Origin: Thermoplasmatota archaeon
GTDB taxonomy: Archaea > Thermoplasmatota > E2 > DHVEG-1
Direction: 5' to 3'
NCBI GenBank assembly: GCA_030619765.1
Contig: JAUXAU010000005.1
Location: 795 to 64,794, forward strand
Length of the DNA stretch: 64,000 nt
The notes beneath the pieces were generated by a model that saw only the letters and a list, made by a program, of their open reading frames with translations, did no database searches and was not told where the DNA came from. Of this stretch, positions 27,448-37,300 are shown one piece after another (the first letter of the stretch is position 1; the number at the start of each line of letters is the position of its first letter). A program made the translations under genes and the position numbers.

Positions 27448-28995
27448 CTATAAAGGACCTTCCTCAAATTCTGCGTTGATAAAGAATAAGCCTATTCTCC
27501 CTGTATAGTTGTTTGGAAATATTAGTTGTTGAAATCTATATTTCTCATACATAATATAAGTTATACCTGTTGTATGGTCTTCTGCTGAGTTTCCAGCAAA
27601 ATCGTAAGCAATGGGATAAAAGGAGGAATCTTCAATATCATCAAGAAGTAATTCATAAACTCTAACTATAAATGCGAAAAAGGTCACATTTTCCTCAATA
27701 AGTTGTGGATTAAAAATTAATCCTATTACATAACTTCTTGTATGTATAGGTGGATAATTCCACTCATAAGGCTCTTCATAATCAGTACACATCAACAAAC
27801 CATTCTTATAGAACTCTACTCTTTCTACACCACTTGTGGCATCACCGCAATATGCTATAAATATTACATACCATATACCATCTATCTTATCTGAATTCCA
27901 ATAAAAGTCTATCCATGGTTCTGTTTGGTCAATCTTGAAAGATATAAAATCTGGAGTGGATGAGTATCCCTCATCGTCGATGACATACCACCAGAAACTA
28001 TGTGCTCCATCATCGGAGATAACATTAGATTCAGTATACAATATCCAGTCCTCTTCATCAAGTTTATAATAAACTGCATCTATTCCATCAGGATCGGGTA
28101 TCATAGAAATGGTAACGTCACTGACAGCCCAGTCATTTTCTCCCATTTTCTTATTAACAACTACTATAACATAAGCTGGTTTGGTATCTCCTCCCCTGGA
28201 GCAGTTAAGGGGCAACTTCTCTCCAGTCTCATGTTTTTCTCTTCCAACAATTTCAGTTATTGGAACAATACTCTGACTACTTTGATGACTACCTTCCTTA
28301 ACTATACATGCAGAGAACACAGATGATCCAATACCCGATGTAAAGTCGTAATCTGAATTTCCCGCTGCGTCGTATGCTATAGATTTGAATACTGCGGTTT
28401 TAAAGGACGGTGTCCACACGATACTCCATTCGAATGGCGCTGCGTTATCAGTGAACATCAAAATAGTATATAGTAAGAACTCTACGTAATCCATACCGCT
28501 TGTGGCGTCACTGCAAGTTGCTGTAAAAACTACGTTGACATTATCTGGACTTTCCCACGTCAGGTCTACCATAGGTACTGTCTGATCTATCTTGAAATCA
28601 AATGGACCATCCTCCTCCGATTGATTTCCCTCATAATCAACAGCATACCATTCAAGAATATGTTCTCCATCATCGGACGCGATAAACGATTCAGTATATT
28701 CAGTCCATTCTCCACTATCAAAGCGATAATAAATTGCTGCTATCTCATCAGATTCATATGTAATTGTAAACGTAACATCGCTAACGTACCATTCGTTTTC
28801 TCCTATTTCTCCTTCAACCTTAATCGTAATAAGAGATAACCCAGACCTCATTATTACAGAATCATCGGATGGAAGATTTTCTGTTGAAACATGTTTTTCA
28901 ATTACAGTATTTCCAGTTGATGAAACAATACTCACACTAACGAACAAGAGAATAACAGCAAGGGCAATTCCTTTTTGATATTTGATATGCTTCAT
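27448..28995 (-). CDS. Secreted protein with tandem Ig-like domains
   Basis: Signal peptide; duplicated YYx.D..W..YTE...DG.H...FKIDQT.P and DATSG...VEF modules. Confidence 0.8.
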   Translation of the reverse strand: MKHIKYQKGIALAVILLFVSVSIVSSTGNTVIEKHVSTENLPSDDSVIMRSGLSLITIKVEGEIGENEWYVSDVTFTITYESDEIAAIYYRFDSGEWTEYTESFIASDDGEHILEWYAVDYEGNQSEEDGPFDFKIDQTVPMVDLTWESPDNVNVVFTATCSDATSGMDYVEFLLYTILMFTDNAAPFEWSIVWTPSFKTAVFKSIAYDAAGNSDYDFTSGIGSSVFSACIVKEGSHQSSQSIVPITEIVGREKHETGEKLPLNCSRGGDTKPAYVIVVVNKKMGENDWAVSDVTISMIPDPDGIDAVYYKLDEEDWILYTESNVISDDGAHSFWWYVIDDEGYSSTPDFISFKIDQTEPWIDFYWNSDKIDGIWYVIFIAYCGDATSGVERVEFYKNGLLMCTDYEEPYEWNYPPIHTRSYVIGLIFNPQLIEENVTFFAFIVRVYELLLDDIEDSSFYPIAYDFAGNSAEDHTTGITYIMYEKYRFQQLIFPNNYTGRIGLFFINAEFEEGPL

Positions 28996-29020
28996 ATTTA
29001 CTCCTTAATCAAATAGAGAT

Positions 29021-29923
29021 TCAATGAAATTTAACTGTGATAAATTCAATTCGAGGGTCTCCTTGTAATTCAGGATTATAGTAATAACATGGGGTGAAAG
29101 AAATTTTTATGTGTTCAAAACCCGTGAAATTTTCAGGAGGCATGATGAATAGAGGTGCCTCCTTCTCTTCACCTACATCCAAAACTGTTTCAGGTTGGAT
29201 ATAAACCCACCAATCTGGAGATGGAATTTCAATAATTTCAGATTTAACCAAAGTTAAACCATTACCAAGATTTTCTATTGAGATATTTAATTCTCCTATT
29301 TGCCCTGGCGGTATCTCTATTAAATTAGTCTCTGGTGTTATACTTATTATTGGCAGATAATCTGGCACAAACGGGAACTCCTCTTCACCCTCTGAACCAT
29401 GTATCCAAGTGAAAAAACCAAAAGGCCCTTTAATACAAATAGATGCCCCCACTATTTTATAATATGATAATTCAAAAGCAGGTGCCCTTTCATCTAAAGT
29501 GATGCGGATATAGGATTGTTCATGACATGTCTCCCAATCTGTACCAATATAACAGTGTACCATATCGTGAGAAACCGTAATTGAAGCCCATTCAGGTACC
29601 TCCTTTATAGATAATTCAATGGTCATACTCGCCCTTCCACGAAACCATCTTGTTATAATATCGGCGAACATACCAGAAACCTTATAGCTCACATTAAACG
29701 GAAAGAAGTATGCTCCACCTACAGGTTTTATCGGTTCGAGAAAATGCTCTAGGTCGAAATCAAACATTATATTCCCTTTTAAACCGAAAAAGAAGTCCTG
29801 AGGTTCATTTTGAATATCATCTATTGGAGCAACCTTTGAAGTGATACCAGTTGGTATGCAAGATACTCCTATGAACAAGAAGACAACAGCAACTACTACT
29901 CCTTTCTTGATGAGGTTATTCAT
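29021..29923 (-). CDS. Secreted beta-sandwich protein
   Basis: Signal peptide MNNLIKKGVVVAV; ISIENLGNG Ig-like motif. Confidence 0.75.
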   Translation of the reverse strand: MNNLIKKGVVVAVVFLFIGVSCIPTGITSKVAPIDDIQNEPQDFFFGLKGNIMFDFDLEHFLEPIKPVGGAYFFPFNVSYKVSGMFADIITRWFRGRASMTIELSIKEVPEWASITVSHDMVHCYIGTDWETCHEQSYIRITLDERAPAFELSYYKIVGASICIKGPFGFFTWIHGSEGEEEFPFVPDYLPIISITPETNLIEIPPGQIGELNISIENLGNGLTLVKSEIIEIPSPDWWVYIQPETVLDVGEEKEAPLFIMPPENFTGFEHIKISFTPCYYYNPELQGDPRIEFITVKFH

Positions 29924-29926
29924 TCT

Positions 29927-30979
29927 CTATACCACTCCTATGTCATTTGGTTCTTGTGCAGGATTCCAATCAAATTGAACCCAAGGAATATATCCAGATG
30001 GTGGTAACCGTCCAAATATAGGTTTGGGAAAACTTCTTGGTTTATTCCAGTAGTTACCATCCCATTTAATAGTTGAGCGAATATCTCTTAATGCTTTATA
30101 TTCAAACCCAAATGCAAATGCCTCAATTAATAAGTAAGCGAATCGTGCGTTTACAAGATTACCTATAAAGTTATTCTTGGTTATTTTGCAATTAAAACAA
30201 TTCATAGCAATAATACCGTAAAAACTGTATGAAATATTATTTAGAGAGATTACGTCATTAATACAATAAGAACCTGTTATTATACCCCACGTATTACTTG
30301 TTAAGGTATTTCCAAATATACTATTGTTATTGGAATACCAAACTAAATTTATTCCTGCTATGCAGTCTTTTATTATATTTCCAGATATGTTATTGTTTTT
30401 TCCTCTGTATAATACAATGCCTGAGTTGCATGTAATAGTGTTAGCGAAGATAGTATTGTATTCGCCATCATAGATATTAATTCCATTAGATGTGTTCTCA
30501 TTAAAAATATTATTTGCTATGATATTGTAATCTGATTGAATATTTAATAAATTGGTAGTTGTATTAATGATTTTATAACTTACAATTGTGAAACCACTTA
30601 CAATAACTCCATCAGCAGTTATATTAACAACGATTTCACCCCCACTCCCATTAATAACTGTAGTCTCTTTGTTCTCTCCTTTTAAAGTAATAGATTTATC
30701 CACTTCCAGATTCTCATTATACGGTGAACTATCATCGTAAACAAAAACCATATCACCATTTTCTGAATCGTTGATAGCATCCTGTATCTTCGTATAGTTA
30801 TTGGGTCCACTGCCACCGACATACAAAGTGTCACCGTCAAAGGACACGGTAGATGGCTTTTCTACTATGTTAGTGCCAGTAGATGGAATAACACTTACAC
30901 TAACGAACAAGAGTATAACTGCAACTACTACTCCTTTCTTGATGAGGTTATTTCTTTTCATAACTTTCCCCCTCTTCAT
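29927..30979 (-). CDS. NosD-like right-handed beta-helix secreted protein
   Basis: LYVGGSGPNNYTKIQDAI, Asn-rich NNNISGN repeats, GNYW, DWNPAQEP. Confidence 0.88.
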   Translation of the reverse strand: MKRGKVMKRNNLIKKGVVVAVILLFVSVSVIPSTGTNIVEKPSTVSFDGDTLYVGGSGPNNYTKIQDAINDSENGDMVFVYDDSSPYNENLEVDKSITLKGENKETTVINGSGGEIVVNITADGVIVSGFTIVSYKIINTTTNLLNIQSDYNIIANNIFNENTSNGINIYDGEYNTIFANTITCNSGIVLYRGKNNNISGNIIKDCIAGINLVWYSNNNSIFGNTLTSNTWGIITGSYCINDVISLNNISYSFYGIIAMNCFNCKITKNNFIGNLVNARFAYLLIEAFAFGFEYKALRDIRSTIKWDGNYWNKPRSFPKPIFGRLPPSGYIPWVQFDWNPAQEPNDIGVV

Positions 30980-31070
30980 ATTAATAATGCAGAACTAATA
31001 TATTTGTTTAACTGACGTTTTATACAATAATTCCTGCCAATTTTGGTTTTTAGCCCAGAAGAATCAGCAT

Positions 31071-31685
31071 CTAAAGAGGACACGCCACAGTTGGACAAGC
31101 ACCTACTGAGGTAGCAGGAAAACAACCAAAAAGATGTGTAAGCCGTCCAAGTATAAAAACAAATAAATTATTAAAAATGCCTGATAAAATCATTAAAATT
31201 TTACATGGCAAAAACCAAGGCACCCGACATGAAAGAAACTCATTGGTATCAAGGGGAGTATCCTTCGTGTCAAAATAATTTATATCATTTGGATTTTCCC
31301 TTATATAAAAGAGAGCCTGTAATACATCTGATGTTTCTGTATCAGTCATCTGCTCTCTGTTTTTCAGGTTGAGAATAATTCGTGGAACGAGATTGCGGAA
31401 TGCTTTGTCGTCCATTTTACTAATAATGTCTATAGTCTTTTGAACCTGCTCTGTTCTCTTCATTTTGCTTGAGAACTGGATATTGGTTGCCTCTCCCTTT
31501 CCAACATAATCACAAGCAATATCCTTACTATCTCTGTCTATCGCTCTCTTACTTCTAACACTGAAAAGTGGCGATGCTCTAGCTAAAGTAGTTGATGTGG
31601 TTTGATACCCTACTACACCTGTAAATGACACCAGAACAAGTATTGCAACTGCTATGATACTACCAACGAGTATCTTTTTGTCCAT
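31071..31685 (-). CDS. Secreted/membrane protein, MNKKILIGS family paralog 2
   Basis: N-terminal ~65 aa nearly identical to paralogs 1 and 3. Confidence 0.8.
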   Translation of the reverse strand: MDKKILVGSIIAVAILVLVSFTGVVGYQTTSTTLARASPLFSVRSKRAIDRDSKDIACDYVGKGEATNIQFSSKMKRTEQVQKTIDIISKMDDKAFRNLVPRIILNLKNREQMTDTETSDVLQALFYIRENPNDINYFDTKDTPLDTNEFLSCRVPWFLPCKILMILSGIFNNLFVFILGRLTHLFGCFPATSVGACPTVACPL

Positions 31686-31762
31686 ATTCTTTCCCCATAT
31701 AATTCATAGATGTTCTATTATTTAGGTTTTTAGCCCAGAAGAACCTAAGATATGATTAGATA

Positions 31763-32335
31763 TTAATTAAGACATTCCATAGTTTCACAAGGATAATGTC
31801 CGCCACTTGTATTTAATAGTGCTCGGTATATCACAATAAATATTCCAATTAATGCTAAAAACATTGTAAAAACCCCACAAAAAGGAACCCAATTTCCAAA
31901 AGTATAACCCTCAATCATATATATAGAATCATGCTTAACCTTTTCTGGATTGGTTCTCAATTGATGTAGTGCCATTACAATTTCATCAATATTCTCAATT
32001 TCTTTATCATTATGCAGACGATTTCTTGCCATTTCTACAAATATATTAAATGATTTTTCGTCCATTCCTTTGATTATATCAAGTCCCTTCTGGAATAATT
32101 TGTTTCTACTATTCAATATGGGGAGTGGAAAACTTACTGCTTCTCCCTTCCCGACATAATCACAAGCAATATCCTTGCTTTCTTCGTCTATCGCCCTACT
32201 GCTTCTAACACTAAACAATGGTGATGCTCTGGCAATAGTTGAAGATGTAGTTTGAAACCCAACAACACCTGTGAGTGATACCAGAACTAGTATTACAACT
32301 GCGATGATACTACCAATGAGTATCTTTTTATTCAT
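31763..32335 (-). CDS. Secreted/membrane protein, MNKKILIGS family paralog 3
   Basis: Shares the N-terminal block; divergent C-terminus with a TM segment. Confidence 0.8.
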   Translation of the reverse strand: MNKKILIGSIIAVVILVLVSLTGVVGFQTTSSTIARASPLFSVRSSRAIDEESKDIACDYVGKGEAVSFPLPILNSRNKLFQKGLDIIKGMDEKSFNIFVEMARNRLHNDKEIENIDEIVMALHQLRTNPEKVKHDSIYMIEGYTFGNWVPFCGVFTMFLALIGIFIVIYRALLNTSGGHYPCETMECLN

Positions 32336-32341
32336 ATTCTA

Positions 32342-33403
32342 TCATACTCCTAAATCATATGGTTCTCGTGCTGGTCGCCAGTCGAAATTACGAATCAATG
32401 TTCCTGGAATATGATATGGGAGAAATTGTAGAAAATTAAATCTGAATCCAATCCAGTCATCCCAATAGTTACCTTCGTTACCTTTATTCCACTGGTTTAT
32501 ACCTTTATCATAAGCACTTTGATTATTGTTAAAGAAATTATTATGATAAATTAAATTGATAGAGCTATACCATTTCTGCAGCCATATGCCCCTCCAGCTA
32601 TTTGAAATATTATTCTTAGAAATTGTATTGCAAGTGGAATTATAGATATATATTCCCTGACTGTTGCTTGAGACAGTATTGTTTGAAATTATATTTCTAT
32701 TGCTGGAATAAAGTGTTACTATACCCACTCCATTTAGATTTATGACGTTTCCTAAGATGTTATTTTTAATACACTTAGTTACAAATCTTATACCAACAGA
32801 GTTATTGAGGATAATATTCTGTGTGAAGATATTGTTATTAGAATACCATGCTCGTATTCCAGCAACAAGGTTATTCAAGATATTATTATCTGAGATAATA
32901 TTATTGTTAGAATAATGTAGACGTAAACCCTCTCCTAAATTATTTGAAATCGTATTACCAGATATGGTGTTGTAATTAGAATCTATCTCAATCCCTGCGT
33001 CGGTAACTGGAGAAGACAAGCTACAATTTTGTATTGTAAACCCACTAATTGTTACATTATCAGCAGAAATAAAAATGACATCATCTTTTTCTCCACCATC
33101 AATAATGGTTGTATCTCTATCCTCACCAATAAGATTAATAGACTTGTCAACTACCACATTTTCATAATAAGGCGATGAATCATCATAGACAAACACCGTA
33201 TCCCCATCAAAGGCATCGTCTATTGCATCCTGAATCTTCGTGTAATTTCCTGTTCCATTCCCACCAACATATAAGATATTGTCATCGAAGGACACGGTAG
33301 ATGACTGTTCTAATACGTTAATTCCAGTTGAGGGAATAACACTCACACTAACGAACAATAGTACAATAGCAACTACTACTCCCTTCTTGATGAGGTTATT
33401 CAC
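32342..33403 (-). CDS. NosD-like right-handed beta-helix secreted protein
   Basis: YVGGNGTGNYTKIQDAID, Asn ladders, GNYWDD, DWRPAREP. Confidence 0.88.
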   Translation of the reverse strand: MNNLIKKGVVVAIVLLFVSVSVIPSTGINVLEQSSTVSFDDNILYVGGNGTGNYTKIQDAIDDAFDGDTVFVYDDSSPYYENVVVDKSINLIGEDRDTTIIDGGEKDDVIFISADNVTISGFTIQNCSLSSPVTDAGIEIDSNYNTISGNTISNNLGEGLRLHYSNNNIISDNNILNNLVAGIRAWYSNNNIFTQNIILNNSVGIRFVTKCIKNNILGNVINLNGVGIVTLYSSNRNIISNNTVSSNSQGIYIYNSTCNTISKNNISNSWRGIWLQKWYSSINLIYHNNFFNNNQSAYDKGINQWNKGNEGNYWDDWIGFRFNFLQFLPYHIPGTLIRNFDWRPAREPYDLGV

Positions 33404-33518
33404 ACTCTTTCCCCCATTATAACCTATAGTGGTTCTTGTATTTAGTTTTTATCTACTGTTGGTTATATTTGATGCTTGTTCCATAAACATTTATATACCC
33501 AAGCATCTATAGATATAA

Positions 33519-35012
33519 TTGGGAGGAATAATTAAAGTGAAGCATATCATCCCAATACTGGTTATCCTGTTGCTGTTATCATCTGGTTTTGTAGGTGTGT
33601 CAAATACGGCAGATGAGGTAACTGTTTTAGAAGACCCTCCAGGCATTGTATGGAGTAAAACATATGGCGGAGTTGATGGTGATTATGCCATGTCTGTTCA
33701 GCAGACTAAAGATGGTGGGTATATCGTTGGAGGATATACCGCATCATATGGTGCAGGTGATTTAGATGCATGGTTGATTAAGACAGATAGTGAGGGAAAT
33801 GAATTATGGAGTAAAACCTATGGGGGAGAATTTGCAGATGGTGCACTTTGTGTAATCGAGACAAATGATGGTGGCTATGCAATTGCGGGCTATGCAGAGT
33901 ATTCTCAAGGTAATTTTGAATTATGGATTATAAAAACTTATGAAAATGGGACGGAGGTATGGAGTAAAAGATATAGAAAGGGAAATAGGGTTTTTGGAAA
34001 TTGCATAATCGAAACTGAATATGGATATGTAGTTGTGGCAAAAGCGAGTGGTGATGTGTGGCTTGTGGGAACCGATGAAAATGGGGAGATGGTCTGGAAT
34101 AACACTTTTGGAGGAGCGGGAGGCGATACAGGAGATGCAGTGATCCAAGACGATTATGGGGACTATGTAATTGTAGGAACAACGTATTCTTTTGGTGAAG
34201 GTGATCCCGACATATGGCTCATAAAAACAAATGAAACTGGAGAGGAGCTTTGGAATAAAACTTTTGGCGGAGCGGGACACGATACAGGGGGAGATATTAT
34301 CCAAACATATGATGGTGGATTTGCTATTACTGGTAGCCTTACCCCATATACTGGGGGGTGGAGAGATGTTTGTCTCATTAAAACTGACAAATATGGAAAT
34401 GAAACCTGGACAAATCTATATGGAGGAGACGACTTGGATTATGGAAAATCTCTCATACAAACTATAGATGGGGATTATCTCATAGCGGGAATAACACATT
34501 CCTATGGACCCAAAGGTTTTAACGCTTGGATGATAAAAGCCGATGAAAATGGAAGCGAACTATGGAATGTGAGCCTTGGTGGCTGGAGTGACGACCATGG
34601 AAATTCTGTTACACAATCAAATGATGGAGGGTTTATAATCGCTGGAAAATATAGAAGGTTTGGTAGTTTCGATGATGCTTGGTTAATAAAAATCGGGCAC
34701 AGACCTATTGTGACAATTGATAAACCAATAAATGGGCTTTATTTCATGGATTTTTTGATTAGGCCTTATTTATTTCGAAGTCCTTTGATAATTGGGTCTA
34801 TTAACGTAGAAGTTGATGCATCTGATAGTAAATACGATATTGACAGGGTGGAGTTCTACATCGATGATGAATTTCAAGCAAATGATTCTACAGACCCCTA
34901 TAGCTGGAAATGGAATATGATGTCATTTTCCAGGCATACATTAAAAGTCACTGCGTTTAACACAAATGAAACCAGTGCCAGTGATGAAATGACGGTGTGG
35001 AAGTTCTTGTGA
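33519..35012 (+). CDS. Secreted beta-propeller repeat protein with C-terminal Ig-like (Big) domain
   Basis: Repeated W.KTYGG...D...QT.DGG...DAWLIKTD..G; C-terminal VEFYID...PYSWKW. Confidence 0.85.
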   Translation: MGGIIKVKHIIPILVILLLLSSGFVGVSNTADEVTVLEDPPGIVWSKTYGGVDGDYAMSVQQTKDGGYIVGGYTASYGAGDLDAWLIKTDSEGNELWSKTYGGEFADGALCVIETNDGGYAIAGYAEYSQGNFELWIIKTYENGTEVWSKRYRKGNRVFGNCIIETEYGYVVVAKASGDVWLVGTDENGEMVWNNTFGGAGGDTGDAVIQDDYGDYVIVGTTYSFGEGDPDIWLIKTNETGEELWNKTFGGAGHDTGGDIIQTYDGGFAITGSLTPYTGGWRDVCLIKTDKYGNETWTNLYGGDDLDYGKSLIQTIDGDYLIAGITHSYGPKGFNAWMIKADENGSELWNVSLGGWSDDHGNSVTQSNDGGFIIAGKYRRFGSFDDAWLIKIGHRPIVTIDKPINGLYFMDFLIRPYLFRSPLIIGSINVEVDASDSKYDIDRVEFYIDDEFQANDSTDPYSWKWNMMSFSRHTLKVTAFNTNETSASDEMTVWKFL

Positions 35013-35566
35013 TTCTTGGAGAGGTTTCCATTGTTGCAGAAGATACTGGATGTTTTGAGGTTGAATATTGGATAAAGAAGTTGGTATAAAACTACGGATT
35101 GAATCAAATGAACTGTAGAAAGTGTAATAAGAAATTATCCCCAGATGAAGAACAGAACAGAATCTGTTTTGAATGTTTGTATGATGCAAAAGATAACCAT
35201 ACTAATATTATTGATGCCTGAGCCGTTCTAAATATTTTCAGCGTAACGTTTACAAATGTATGCACAACTAAGTTACTATGGGAGAATAGATGCTTTTAGA
35301 TACCTTAACGCAATCGAGGATTTCACGGTTTCAACAGAGGGTGTATAACGGTATAGCTGTTAGTATGTGTATTGCTTAACGGAATATAGGCTATTGGTGG
35401 AGGGTATAGTGATGTTTTTAGATTGTAACAAATACGGGCTTGTAACATTAAGTAACGGATTATGTAACACTAAACATATATCAGATGAAACAATACTGAG
35501 TATTACTCAATAGTATAAACTCATTGATAATTTATTATTAGATTCTAATCAATCATAAGGGGATTA

Positions 35567-36385
35567 ATGATGCCAATTAATGATGCTGAATACAATTCCT
35601 TAATTGGACGATTAAGGGCATATACAGAAGATTTAGAAGTAACTTATACTGCACCAAGTCAAAGAAATACTAAACTAGGAAATATTGGTGAGAAATTTGT
35701 AGGATACTGTATTTGTCATAGCCTATGGAAGTTAGGTTATCCAATACATTTTGGTGGCTTACCTCACTCATATCATTTGTTATCTAAATTTGGTGCAGAT
35801 GATGTAGGCCGGGGTGGTGTTGATTTTAAATTAATCATATCGAACTTAGATGAAGAAAGTTATGGGCTTTTAATTGAATCAAAGAATTGGAATCACTATT
35901 CAATATCAAACACAGAATTTAATGGACAAATCCGTAATAGATTTACTAGACTAGATGATAATAATGAATATCAATGGATAGTAACAATGAACACCAGAAA
36001 CATAGATAATATTAGGACAAGATGTGAAGATAATAATATTCATATATTACCGATGAGGGACCAGATTACACCAGAAAATATCTCATTAGATAATATTATG
36101 AGACCGTTGTTTAGTGATTTCATAGATGAATTTACTACCCTAATTATGACTTTAGCTCCAGAACAGTCATATCCAGAGATTGCTGTTGAAGATTTTGGAG
36201 AAGATAGAACAGGTTTAATCATTCAAGATTTATTGTTGGGTGTACCATATCCAATAATAGAACAAAGATATACTCGCTCCAGAGCATATATCTCTGGATT
36301 GGCATCATACATTAGGAGTTGGAATATCCCATTACCAGATAGGAGAAGGAGGGATTGGCGAAGGATATGGGAGTTGCAGGAGTAG
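35567..36385 (+). CDS. PD-(D/E)XK-family nuclease with C-terminal HTH-like segment
   Basis: GNIGEKFV...GVDFKL...LIESKNW. Confidence 0.72.
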   Translation: MMPINDAEYNSLIGRLRAYTEDLEVTYTAPSQRNTKLGNIGEKFVGYCICHSLWKLGYPIHFGGLPHSYHLLSKFGADDVGRGGVDFKLIISNLDEESYGLLIESKNWNHYSISNTEFNGQIRNRFTRLDDNNEYQWIVTMNTRNIDNIRTRCEDNNIHILPMRDQITPENISLDNIMRPLFSDFIDEFTTLIMTLAPEQSYPEIAVEDFGEDRTGLIIQDLLLGVPYPIIEQRYTRSRAYISGLASYIRSWNIPLPDRRRRDWRRIWELQE

Positions 36386-36629
36386 GTGGTTTGGAGCTAG
36401 GTAGTGTATATAGAGTAAAGAGAATTGAATTAGTAGTGATGGATGCTATACTAAATAGTGTTAAGGAGTGATACTTTACCTCAACTTTGAGCATCTATCT
36501 TATGAAATATGGTACAAGATTCGTATGCAATTAAGTTACCTATTTGGTAGTTGTTTTAATTAATGCTGAGGTATGCCTATAGTCTGGTAGCAAATAGATT
36601 TATATATACTATATTCATACTGAGTATTC

Positions 36630-36905
36630 ATGTCAAAGATTAGGACTTGTATTACAATAGAGGAAGAAGTCTTTAATAAAGCAAAGGCTAAGGGTATCAA
36701 CATAAGCTCCTTTGTAGATATAGAGCTAAGGAGATTTCTTGCTCTAACAGAAGGAAAACATATCGATTATGGTTCACAATCTGAATACCAAGGTAATGAG
36801 AAAGATAACATAGACGAAGATGAGTGGGCCCGCCGAGATTTGAACTCGGGTTACCAGCACCCCAAGCTGGAAGGATGCCAAGCTACCCCACGGGCCCAGA
36901 GATAG
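36630..36905 (+). CDS. int: Integrase N-terminal fragment, int(N), with RHH/CcdA-like domain; reads into the att/tRNA
   Basis: RTCITIEEEVFNKAKAKGINISSFVD RHH pattern, then WARRDLNSGYQHPKL in frame with int(C). Confidence 0.88.
   Translation: MSKIRTCITIEEEVFNKAKAKGINISSFVDIELRRFLALTEGKHIDYGSQSEYQGNEKDNIDEDEWARRDLNSGYQHPKLEGCQATPRAQR
36825..36897 (-). tRNA. tRNA-Pro(GGG)
   Basis: GGGCCCG/CGGGCCC acceptor stem, anticodon arm CCAGC-TTGGGGT-GCTGG, T arm CCGAG-TTCAAAT-CTCGG; no encoded CCA. Confidence 0.96.
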
Positions 36906-36988
36906 GCCTATACATCTAATTTTTATTGAAAAACTTATTTGTAGATTTTGGAAAGATTTAATATTGTATTTTGGATGAGTTTTCATTC

Positions 36989-37300
36989 ATGGATGCAACC
37001 GATCTATTAGGTTTGACGGCAGGAGCCATAACATCTTTAGGTTTCATGCCCCAATTGATTCGAGGTTATAGAACCAAGAAACTTGATGATATATCGTATT
37101 ATATGCCATTGACATTAGCATTTGGTATGTCGTTGTGGTTGCTCTATGGCATTGTTGTAGAAAAATTACCCATAATTGTTGCAAATGGTTTTGGAATCAG
37201 CTGCTGTTTCATTCTCATAATTATGAAAAGGATGTACTCTCCTGCAGATTCTATGGTACCAGATACAAATGGAGAAGAATCGTCTCGGGAGGAAAAATGA
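36989..37300 (+). CDS. SemiSWEET/PQ-loop transporter
   Basis: AGAITSLGFMPQLIR...DDIS...LWLLYG...PIIVAN. Confidence 0.9.
   Translation: MDATDLLGLTAGAITSLGFMPQLIRGYRTKKLDDISYYMPLTLAFGMSLWLLYGIVVEKLPIIVANGFGISCCFILIIMKRMYSPADSMVPDTNGEESSREEK

Larger units (their letters stand above)
23693..36868. mobile_element. Integrated element (13.2 kb) at tRNA-Pro(GGG) with split tyrosine integrase
   Basis: 46-bp perfect direct repeats at both ends matching the tRNA 3' half; integrase halves at the two ends. Confidence 0.93.

Noticed and set aside
26885-33403. Diversity-generating retroelement acting on the paralogous surface genes
   Set aside because: No reverse transcriptase in the window and no template/variable repeat pair with adenine-specific differences was seen.
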